NCBI GenBank assembly: GCA_963650135.1 | Contig: CAVJLG010000058.1 | Coordinates: forward strand, 436-64,435 | Reading direction: 5' to 3' | Source of the DNA: Barnesiella intestinihominis | Lineage (GTDB): Bacteria > Bacillota > Clostridia > Oscillospirales > Oscillospiraceae | Length of the DNA: 64,000 bases | Part shown: piece by piece, positions 7,605 through 14,647 of the stretch | Layout of the letters: each line of letters begins with the position of its first letter | Numbering within the stretch: the stretch's first letter is position 1 | Program-made: the position numbers and the translations under genes | The notes under the pieces: model-generated | Database searches by the model: none | What the model was told of the DNA's origin: nothing | Seen by the model: only the letters and a program-made list of their open reading frames with translations

Positions 7605-8783
7605 TTATTCCCCCCTAACGCCCATATGGGTGTATACTTCGCCAACCTCGCCGGTTTCGGCAATGTGCTCCAGCCGCTGATACAGAGCCGCAATGTCGCC
7701 GGTGGACACGTCTCTGCCGCCCAAGCCATAGACCACATTGATGAGCTTGGGTCGATGCTCCAGATCATACAGTGCACTGCGGGTTTCCGCAAAAATCGGG
7801 CCGCCGCAAGCGCTAAAGCCCTCGGACTTGTCCATGACTGCCACGGCCTTGCAATGAGACAGGGCCTGTGCCAGTTCCTCTGCCGGGAACGGACGGAATA
7901 CGCGAAGCTTAATGAGGCCCACCTTTTTGCCCTGGGCCCGGAGCTGATCCACTGTGGCCTTGGCAGTACCGGCAGTGGAGCCAATGAGCACCAGCGCTTC
8001 CTCCGCGTCCTCCATGCAGTATTCCTCGAAGAAGCCATAGGTTCTGCCAAACTGCTCGCCAAAGCGCTTGCCCTGCTCGAGAATGGCCTGCTTTGCGTCC
8101 TTCATGGCCTCAGCTTCCTGCTTTTTATGCTCGAAATAGTAATGGGTCACGTCATAGGGGCCCACCGCCATCGTCTCTCCGGCCTTCAAAAGGGAATGCT
8201 CGGGATGATATTCGCCCACAAAGCCCTTGACCTCGCCATCCTCCAGGAGCTCAATGTTCTCCACTGCGTGGGATGTGATAAAGCCGTCCATGCAGATCAT
8301 CACCGGCAGCCGAACCGCCTCGGCAATGGGGAAGGCCTGGACGTAGTTGTCGTAGACCTCCTGGTTGTTCTCCGCATAAATCTGAATCCAGCCCGCATCC
8401 CGTGCGCCCATGGCGTCGGAATGGTCGTTGTTGATGTTGATGGGGCCGGACAGCGCACGGGTAGAAACCGCCAGAACAATGGGAAGGCGGCTGGACGCTG
8501 CCACATATAAAAGCTCATACATCAGTGCCAGGCCGCAGGAGGAGGTAGCGCTGATGGCCCGTCCGCCAGCCGCTGCGGCGCCGATGCAAACAGACATGGA
8601 GCTGTGCTCGGATTCCACCGTTACCAGCTCGGTATGTACCTTGCCGTCCGCCACATACTGGGCAAAATACTGGGGGATCTCCGTGGAGGGAGTGATGGGA
8701 AATGCGCCCATTACGTCCGGGTCAATCTGCCGCATGGCCACGGCTACCGCTTCGTTGCCGGAAAGTCTGTCGAGATGTGCCAT
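7605..8783 (-). CDS. 2-oxoacid:ferredoxin oxidoreductase, alpha subunit (PorA/VorA type)
   Basis: LSGNEAVAVAMRQIDPDVMGAFPITPSTEIPQYF...ESEHSSMSVCIGAAAAGGR. Confidence 0.9.
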   Translation of the reverse strand: MAHLDRLSGNEAVAVAMRQIDPDVMGAFPITPSTEIPQYFAQYVADGKVHTELVTVESEHSSMSVCIGAAAAGGRAISATSSCGLALMYELLYVAASSRLPIVLAVSTRALSGPININNDHSDAMGARDAGWIQIYAENNQEVYDNYVQAFPIAEAVRLPVMICMDGFITSHAVENIELLEDGEVKGFVGEYHPEHSLLKAGETMAVGPYDVTHYYFEHKKQEAEAMKDAKQAILEQGKRFGEQFGRTYGFFEEYCMEDAEEALVLIGSTAGTAKATVDQLRAQGKKVGLIKLRVFRPFPAEELAQALSHCKAVAVMDKSEGFSACGGPIFAETRSALYDLEHRPKLINVVYGLGGRDVSTGDIAALYQRLEHIAETGEVGEVYTHMGVRGE

Positions 8784-9085
8784 TATTCTCCCTCCTCCTG
8801 AAATTGAATCGCGTCAAAGGGACATGCGGTGATGCAGATGCCGCAGCCCTTACAGTGCTGCAAATCAAACTCGCCGCGCCGCCCGTCCTTCACCGGAATG
8901 GCACTGTCGGGACAGTAGGGCACGCACAGAAGACATTGCTTACATTTATCCGCCAGGAATACAGGGGTCTGGGTGCGCCAATCCCCGGTGTTAAATGCCA
9001 GCGACGTGGCAGGCTCATAGATTTCTCCGCCCGGGGTCAGCTGCTGCCAGGGGGAATTTTCGTGAATATCCTTTGCGTAAATCAT
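8783..9085 (-). CDS. 2-oxoacid:ferredoxin oxidoreductase, delta subunit (2x[4Fe-4S] ferredoxin)
   Basis: Two CxxCxxCxxxCP motifs: CKQCLLCVPYCP and CKGCGICITACP. Shares 1 nt with the alpha gene and overlaps the gamma gene by 4 nt. Confidence 0.9.
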   Translation of the reverse strand: MIYAKDIHENSPWQQLTPGGEIYEPATSLAFNTGDWRTQTPVFLADKCKQCLLCVPYCPDSAIPVKDGRRGEFDLQHCKGCGICITACPFDAIQFQEEGE

Positions 9086-9663
9086 CCCTGTACCTCCTCC
9101 ATGGAAATGCTCAAAACCTTCATATTGCCCGCGATGACCTGGGGCTTGGTGGCAAATTTATGGTGGAAGGACTCCTCCATATCCGCCTTAAACTTCTCCG
9201 GCTCTACCACGCCGCTGACCTTTACCGTGGCTGCCAGCATAGGGGTATTGGGGAATACCTTGCCCAGGATCTCTTTGGAAATTCCGTTGGCATCGATGGT
9301 GCAGACCCGGCCCGCATAGCCGCCCAGCAGCGGACGAATTTCCTCCGGGGTCTTCTTTGTATTGATGATAATCGCGCCGGATTCCTTCAGTCCTGCGGTT
9401 ACGTCCACGCAGTCGATAAGGCCCTCGTCAACCACCACCACATAGTCCGGCTCATAGATATTGGAATGAATGCTGCACCGCTGGGTGCTGATTCGGTTAT
9501 AGGCTGTGATGGGGGCGCCGCTGCGCTCCGGGCCGTATTCCGGGAAGCCCTGCACATATTTCCCCGACGAAAACGCCGCATCCGCCAGCAGCAGACATGC
9601 GGTTTTTGCGCCCTGTCCGCCGCGGCCATGCCAGCGAATCTCCACCATATCCTGATTGTTCAC
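9082..9663 (-). CDS. 2-oxoacid:ferredoxin oxidoreductase, gamma subunit
   Basis: EIRWHGRGGQGAKTACLLLADAAF. The start is set at GTG 9663, which has GGGGAGG 7 nt upstream. The alternative ATG is at 9648. The track start at 9756 would run through the leader terminator. Confidence 0.85.
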   Translation of the reverse strand: MNNQDMVEIRWHGRGGQGAKTACLLLADAAFSSGKYVQGFPEYGPERSGAPITAYNRISTQRCSIHSNIYEPDYVVVVDEGLIDCVDVTAGLKESGAIIINTKKTPEEIRPLLGGYAGRVCTIDANGISKEILGKVFPNTPMLAATVKVSGVVEPEKFKADMEESFHHKFATKPQVIAGNMKVLSISMEEVQG

Positions 9664-9701
9664 AAAAATACCTCCCCGTTTTTGATGCAGCCGGAGGATA
9701 C

Positions 9702-9953
9702 AAAAAGCGGCCTCGTCCGTAAAGGGACGAAAGCCGCAAACGCTTCGTATAACCACCCGTTACTGCATACCAACATATGCATCCCCGGATAACGGCAGGG
9801 TACCGGCAGCGCCTACTACGATCTTTTGGGCTGCTGTTCAGAAGTGATGTTCAGGTCGCCGCTACTATCACCGGGCTCTCACCGCCCCCGGCTCGCTTTG
9901 GAGTTTGCCTGCGTCCTACTGTCTTCGTCATTACATTTACAGTGTTTTGAACT
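9702..9953 (-). promoter_or_regulatory. T-box riboswitch leader, predicted Ile (AUC) specifier, with terminator/antiterminator
   Basis: Read in RNA sense. Stem I has a K-turn-like AUGACGAAG, AGUA in the specifier loop, the AG bay AGCGAG, the distal loop GGUGAGAG and GAUAGUAGC. The specifier is AAC-AUC-A before CUUC. The T-box is GGG-UGGUUAU-ACGAAG...CUUUCGU-CCC. It competes with the terminator GCGGCUUUCGUCC/GGACGAGGCCGC + U5 (9702-9737). Confidence 0.75.
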
Positions 9954-9960
9954 TGGGTCT

Positions 9961-9989
9961 ATCATAGTATTCCCGGGGGAATTTGTCAA
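9961..9989 (-). promoter_or_regulatory. Sigma-A promoter of the T-box/oxidoreductase operon
   Basis: On the minus strand: TTGACA (9989-9984), 17-nt spacer, TATGAT (9966-9961). Confidence 0.65.
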
Positions 9990-10192
9990 TATGCAATTCC
10001 CGTTTCACGCAACAACCTTTTTGCCGTTTTTTTCGCGGTTTTTGTACAAGTTGCGCAATCATCTGTGCATGTCCGGTGTACACAAGTGTTCCCTTGGCGC
10101 ATCAGATGAATATCTTTCATGCGTCTCCGTCATTGCAAGTTCTCCGTCTTTTGATCTGCAAAAATAATTTTGCATTTTTCTCACAAAACCCC

Positions 10193-10221
10193 TTGACAGA
10201 TTTTCGTTTCTGTTGTATATT
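10193..10221 (+). promoter_or_regulatory. Sigma-A promoter of the orphan non-coding transcript
   Basis: TTGACA (10193-10198), 17-nt spacer, TATATT (10216-10221). The palindrome TGCAAAA-ATAA-TTTTGCA lies at 10157-10174, just upstream. Confidence 0.6.
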
Positions 10222-10406
10222 GTAGACACAAAGAAGAAAGGAATGATTCCAATGAAGTAACCTAGCACGACAGTTCAGCGAGCGACTCTGTCGGAAGATT
10301 TGCAGGTTTGATATGTGTAATCTTGCATCATTTATTTTCAGATGATTGAAACCCCGCCTAATGTTCTTATCCGGGATTTCCGGTTGAAAATAGATATTCC
10401 AACACT

Positions 10407-10720
10407 GGGAGGTACACTCCGATGTACTAACTGTACTGATCGAAGTTTTGTCCGATCCACCCACCGATGGAGGCAAGGATCCCATGCACAGCTGATATTT
10501 CTTCAGTTCGTCAAATTCGAAATTTTATGACAAGTCCCCGCATGGCAATCGCCGTCCGGGTAATCAAATTGGAGGTAAATTCCCATGTACTGATCCGTCA
10601 ATCGTCCAGACGCCATTTTGTTGGAGGCTCGGGTCCCATGAAAAACTAATGCGGAGATTCCGCACATTTGATCGAATTTTGATCCACAATATTCTGGAGG
10701 ACAGTCCCGTGAACAGATGA
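10407..10720 (+). repeat. Five dispersed modules (U)GGAGG-N5-6-UCC(C)-AUG/GUG followed by 1-2 codons and a stop
   Basis: The five modules are:
- 10407-10430: GGGAGGuacacUCCgAUG UAC UAA.
- 10469-10495: GGAGGcaaggaUCCCAUG CAC AGC UGA.
- 10571-10593: GGAGGuaaauUCCCAUG UAC UGA.
- 10623-10649: GGAGGcucgggUCCCAUG AAA AAC UAA.
- 10696-10720: GGAGGacagUCCCGUG AAC AGA UGA. Confidence 0.7.
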
Positions 10721-10806
10721 TCTGGCAATGACGCCACAGTACCTTTGTAAACAATAATTTCATATGAAAGGATGAGAGGGGTATGAGTGAACCCACTCAG
10801 CAGTAG

Positions 10807-10850
10807 CTGCCGTGTATGGTGAAGAAGGATACCATGCACGGCAGTTTTTT
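10807..10850 (+). terminator. Strong rho-independent terminator of the orphan transcript
   Basis: 14-bp stem ctgccgtgtatggt / accatgcacggcag, a 10-nt loop, then T6. Confidence 0.85.
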
Positions 10851-10864
10851 GCGCCCATTTCATC

Positions 10865-10902
10865 AAAAAGGACCCGGCACAGCTTCGTGCCAGGTCCTTT
10901 TC
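10865..10902. terminator. Terminator of the glycogen/thpR operon (minus strand; also U-rich on the plus strand)
   Basis: Stem aggacccggcac / gtgccaggtcct with one mismatch, flanked by A5 on the left and TTTTC on the right. Confidence 0.7.
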
Positions 10903-11433
10903 TTATAATAGCCCCGCATGAAATACGGGTACATATACGGTGCTGCCCCGAATCCGCCGGGATTCCATAAGCCATAGCCGCTGCACCCGAATGTTCACCG
11001 GCGTCGCAGCTTCCGGAATCGCCCCATCTTTCAGTTGGCACCGGCGTGCCAGCGTGATATGGGGCACAAATTCCCGATGCTCCACCGCAAACCCGTTTTC
11101 CTCCAGCAGTTCCCCCAGCGCACGGGCAATCGCCGCCGCTTCCGGGCTGTTTCCGGTGAGATACCATAACCGTTCCCTGCCCCGCCCGGCAAAGCTTCCA
11201 TAGGCGTCCAATGTGATCGAAAAGGGTGCAGATTTCCGGGCCACGGCAGTTAAAATCCCCTTTAGCGCCTCCACCCGTTCTGGTGGAATCTCTCCAAGGA
11301 ATTGCAGGGTCATGTGGAGATTTTCAGTTGTCGTATCGCGCCCAGACTGTGCCACTGCCCAGAGTTTTGTCTGCTGCGCCTGAATCTGTATTTTCTCCGT
11401 TTCCGCCGGAACCAGCGCATAGAATAGCCTCAC
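10903..11433 (-). CDS. thpR: RNA 2',3'-cyclic phosphodiesterase (2H family, LigT/ThpR)
   Basis: Two HxT motifs: LHMTLQFLG and PHITLAR. The start is set at GTG 11433-11431, which overlaps the upstream stop (GTGA). The track start at 11484 lies inside the upstream gene. Confidence 0.8.
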   Translation of the reverse strand: MRLFYALVPAETEKIQIQAQQTKLWAVAQSGRDTTTENLHMTLQFLGEIPPERVEALKGILTAVARKSAPFSITLDAYGSFAGRGRERLWYLTGNSPEAAAIARALGELLEENGFAVEHREFVPHITLARRCQLKDGAIPEAATPVNIRVQRLWLMESRRIRGSTVYVPVFHAGLL

Positions 11434-14400
11434 AGGATGCCGCCTGTTCTCAGCTGCTCCAATTGCTCCGCCGTCATCTGCCATTTCCAGTTGCCCGTGG
11501 GAACCCCAGGCACGTTAATGCGCGCTTCATCTCCCAGGCCCAGCACATCCTGTACCGGGAAGATTACGGCAGCCGCATGAGATTCCAGCAATTCATTTAT
11601 AATTTGCTCCGGCGCAGTGTCGCTCCCCTGCGTCTCCAAGAAGCCCTTTAGCGTCTGGTTATCGTGGGTGCCGCTGAAGAATACGCGATTTTCCGCTTCC
11701 TCCGGCATCATTTCCGCCATCTCTTGGGCGTTAAACTGCCAGACATTCATGCCCGGCAGGCCCGTATGCCGCAGGAGCACCGTCACCTGACTGTCCAGCG
11801 CGCCCAGGTCCTCCGCGATAATCGGCAATTGGCCCAGCTTTTCCGCCAGCGCCCGGAATAGTGCCACCCCGGGCCCCTTCATCCAATAGCCGCTCTTCGC
11901 CGTTTTCTCCGCCGGAATCGCATAATAGGCTGCAAAGCCCCGGAAATGGTCCATCCGCACGAAGTCGAATTGCGAAAGTGCCTGCTTTACCCGCTTCGTC
12001 CACCAATCATAGTCATCCTGGGCCATCTTCTCCCAATCATAGAGCGGATTGCCCCAATCCTGCCCCTCCGGCGTGAAATAGTCCGGCGGGCAGCCGGCGC
12101 GCAGGGTGGGATAGCCTTTCTCGTCCAGCTGAAACAGCTCACGACGGGCCCAGGTGTCCGCCCCATCCACCGCCGCGTAAATGGGAAGGTCCCCAATCAG
12201 CGCAATGCCCAGGGCTTCGGCCCGTTTTTTCAGCCGGTTCCACTGGTAGAAGAAGCGATATTGCTCCTGCCGCAGGGCCTCCAGCTCTTTTGCATACCGC
12301 TTCCGAAGGGCCGGAAAGTCGGTGCGGTTCCGCTGCTCATCCGGCCAGCACTGCCACGGGCGATTTTCATTCTCCCGGCGCAGTACCGTAAAGAGCACAT
12401 AGTCCTCCAGCCAGAAGGCATTCTCCCGGCAGAATGCCGCATACCCAGCCATATCCACCGGAATTTCCGGCGCAATATACCGAGGATCCCCGGCGAAAAT
12501 ACCGCGGCTGGAGTAGGGCGAATCTCCGTCTCCCACCGGGCACAGGGGCAGCAGCATCCAGTTCTGATAGCCTGCCCGGTGAATCGCCTCCAGGAAATCA
12601 TAAGCGCCCTGGCCCATGGTTCCGCCCGGCAGCGAAAAGATCGGGCACAGGATTCCCTTGCCCTTCGGCTTTTTCACCAGCTCCGGCAAGGGCGAATAGT
12701 CCGGCTGCTCCCCTTCCCGGTAGAGCATAGCTCCGGTGCAAGGCTCCAGTATCAACGTTTCGCCGGCTACCACCGCGCCCGACAGCAAATCCAGCCATTG
12801 GCGATCACCGTCTACATTCACGGTCTGCTGCATCCAGGAGCGGTTGACATAAAGTTCAATTCGAGTATCCTGCCACCGGCGTTCCAGTAGAAAAACCGCA
12901 TCATTCACCGCCGTATACTGCGCCGTACCATAGGTCAGCACCGGATATTCCTTTCGAAGGTTCGACAGCATCCGCACATGGTACTGTAAATCGCCGTTTT
13001 CCCGGCCCCAAGGGAAGGTTCCTCGGTTGAAGGGATCGGCATACCCCTCCAGCCCCGTTTCGTCGCCATAATACACGCAGGGTACCCCCGGGAACGCAAA
13101 CAGCAGCACATCCAGCAGCCGAAGCCGCCGCTCTGCCATGCTCCGCTGTTCCGCAGGCAGCCGATAGCTCTCCCGCTCCGCCTCAGACAGTCCCTCCGGC
13201 GCCTCTCCCAACACCGTAAGGATGCGCGGGGTATCATGGGTGCCCACCAAATTCAGCGCTCCATACAGCGCCGTTCCCGGATAGTTCTCCCGAATGGACT
13301 CCATCTCCTCGGCGAATTCTCTCGCAGACTTTTTCCCGAGCAGGAATGCCACCGCACCGTCCCGGAACGGATAGTGCATGGTGCAGTCCAACTCCCGCCC
13401 CAGCAGATATTCCCGCAGCCGGTCATAGCTGATTTTATGGCTGGCGTCCTCCCAGACCTCTCCCAGCAGCAGCACGTCCTCCGTCTCCGTTTTACAGGCG
13501 TTCCGGATTTCCGCAACAAATGGGTCCGGCAGCTCATCCGCCACGTCCAGCCGCCATCCAGAGGCCCCCAGGCGCAGCCATTTCCGGATCACCCCATGTT
13601 CTCCGCAGATGAGTTCCCGATAGCCCGGGTCCATTTCCTCCACATCCGGCAGGGAATCCACGCCCCACCAGCACTCATACCCGGCGGAATATTGGTCCCC
13701 AAAGCGATACCAGCTGTCATAGGGGCTTGGCTTTTCCCCATAGGCCCCGGGCTGGGGATAGTTGCCCCAGCGGTTAAAATAGATGCTGTCGTCACCGGTA
13801 TGGCTGAACACGCCATCCAGAATCACCCGGATGCCCATGGCTTTCGCCTGTGCGCAGAGATTTCGAAAGTCCTCCTCGGTACCGAAGCCCGGATCAATGG
13901 TCAGATAGTCTGCCGTGTCGTATTTATGGTTGCTGGAGGCCAAGAAAATCGGGTTCAGGTAAATCGCGCCCACCCCAAGGGACTTGAGATAGGGCAGCTT
14001 TTTCTGAATGCCCTGCAAATTTCCCCCGAAAAATGGCCAGCGCGTTACCCGCTGCTTTTCATCCCGGCAATAAAAGGGCGTGTCGTTCCATTCCTGCATT
14101 ACCATACGCCGCGTGCCCTTCCAGCCCGCCGGATGAGCCGCATTCTCCTGGCACCGGAGCCAATCCGCGCCCCGTGCAAACCGATCCGGGAATATCTGAT
14201 AGACCACCGCATCCCGGTACCATTCCGGCAGCCGCTGGGGCTGATAAACGGTAATCTGCCAGGATTCCGGCTGATCGGTACACTTTCCCTGTCCACCGGT
14301 ATCCTTTCCATAGTATATCGCGCCCGCAGGTGTATCAACCCGGAAATAGTACCACACCAGTCCCGGCGTTTCTGTCTGTGTAATTTCCGCCTGATAAAGT

Positions 14401-14576
14401 CCGTCACCGGTTTGCACCATGGGAATCAGCGTTTCCGTTCCGGTCCATAGCCGCAGATAGACCGGCTCCCGGTGTACCTCCGGCGCAGCCAGCCGCACGG
14501 TAACGGTTGTTCCCACCGGCACCGCGCCATAGGGACTGCGATAGATTTGATTTCGGGCGTTATGATAGAGTTCCAT
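11430..14576 (-). CDS. malQ: Bifunctional GH13 alpha-amylase-family (neopullulanase/cyclomaltodextrinase-like) :: GH77 4-alpha-glucanotransferase fusion
   Basis: - N-terminal half has GH13 regions DGVFSHTG, GWRLDVADE, LLGEVWED and LVGTHDTPR.
- C-terminal half has GH77 motifs PIFSLPG, SPYSSRGIFAGDP, PEGQDWGNPLY, VRMDHFRGF, IIAEDLG and GTHDNQT.
- The junction is near 12.67 kb (LVKKPKGKGI).
- The start is the ATG at 14576, with GGAGG 5 nt upstream. Confidence 0.85.
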   Translation of the reverse strand: MELYHNARNQIYRSPYGAVPVGTTVTVRLAAPEVHREPVYLRLWTGTETLIPMVQTGDGLYQAEITQTETPGLVWYYFRVDTPAGAIYYGKDTGGQGKCTDQPESWQITVYQPQRLPEWYRDAVVYQIFPDRFARGADWLRCQENAAHPAGWKGTRRMVMQEWNDTPFYCRDEKQRVTRWPFFGGNLQGIQKKLPYLKSLGVGAIYLNPIFLASSNHKYDTADYLTIDPGFGTEEDFRNLCAQAKAMGIRVILDGVFSHTGDDSIYFNRWGNYPQPGAYGEKPSPYDSWYRFGDQYSAGYECWWGVDSLPDVEEMDPGYRELICGEHGVIRKWLRLGASGWRLDVADELPDPFVAEIRNACKTETEDVLLLGEVWEDASHKISYDRLREYLLGRELDCTMHYPFRDGAVAFLLGKKSAREFAEEMESIRENYPGTALYGALNLVGTHDTPRILTVLGEAPEGLSEAERESYRLPAEQRSMAERRLRLLDVLLFAFPGVPCVYYGDETGLEGYADPFNRGTFPWGRENGDLQYHVRMLSNLRKEYPVLTYGTAQYTAVNDAVFLLERRWQDTRIELYVNRSWMQQTVNVDGDRQWLDLLSGAVVAGETLILEPCTGAMLYREGEQPDYSPLPELVKKPKGKGILCPIFSLPGGTMGQGAYDFLEAIHRAGYQNWMLLPLCPVGDGDSPYSSRGIFAGDPRYIAPEIPVDMAGYAAFCRENAFWLEDYVLFTVLRRENENRPWQCWPDEQRNRTDFPALRKRYAKELEALRQEQYRFFYQWNRLKKRAEALGIALIGDLPIYAAVDGADTWARRELFQLDEKGYPTLRAGCPPDYFTPEGQDWGNPLYDWEKMAQDDYDWWTKRVKQALSQFDFVRMDHFRGFAAYYAIPAEKTAKSGYWMKGPGVALFRALAEKLGQLPIIAEDLGALDSQVTVLLRHTGLPGMNVWQFNAQEMAEMMPEEAENRVFFSGTHDNQTLKGFLETQGSDTAPEQIINELLESHAAAVIFPVQDVLGLGDEARINVPGVPTGNWKWQMTAEQLEQLRTGGIL

Positions 14577-14593
14577 GTAAGCCTCCATGATGA

Positions 14594-14629
14594 AATAAAA
14601 GGAGGGAAGGACGCGCTCACGTCCTTCCC
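14594..14629 (-). terminator. Intra-operon terminator-like hairpin between glgA and the amylase-MalQ fusion
   Basis: Minus-sense stem GGGAAGGACG / CGTCCTTCCC (10 bp, 6-nt loop), followed by UCCUUUUAUUU. Confidence 0.55.
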
Positions 14630-14647
14630 TCATCCGAAAGAGGGAGC

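Larger units (their letters stand above)
10228..10850 (+). ncRNA. Candidate stand-alone non-coding RNA of about 620 nt (family not recognised)
   Basis: Bounded by a consensus promoter and a 14-bp-stem/U6 terminator. GC is visibly lower than in the flanking genes. It contains many short hairpins, no ORF with an RBS longer than a few codons, and five repeated SD-like/start/stop modules. Confidence 0.5.

Noticed and set aside
6762-8510. 582-aa + strand ORF
   Set aside because: Antisense to the oxidoreductase alpha and beta genes. No recognisable domains.
9664-9756. N-terminal extension of the gamma-subunit ORF (track start 9756)
   Set aside because: The extension would be translated through the T-box terminator/antiterminator. 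The GTG at 9663 has an ideally spaced GGGGAGG, and the conserved EIRWHGRGGQG block starts right after it.
10407-10720. Possibility that the repeated modules are a CRISPR array, a ToxI-like antitoxin repeat or an oriC DnaA-box cluster
   Set aside because: The units are not identical in length or sequence, so there is no fixed repeat/spacer periodicity. No cas, toxN or RT gene is nearby. Only loose TGATCCACA-like strings occur, not a cluster of TTATCCACA boxes.
10059-11167. Several 60-135-aa ORFs on both strands in the low-GC gap (e.g. 10117-10485, 10467-10649, 10503-10796, 10564-10866, 10760-11167)
   Set aside because: They mutually overlap. They have no SD sequences and no recognisable motifs, and their composition differs from neighbouring genes. 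ORF 10760-11167 is antisense to thpR. The region is better explained as non-coding RNA.
11946-14450. 314-aa and 404-aa + strand ORFs
   Set aside because: Antisense to the GH13::GH77 fusion gene. The translations are Pro/Arg/His-rich and lack motifs.
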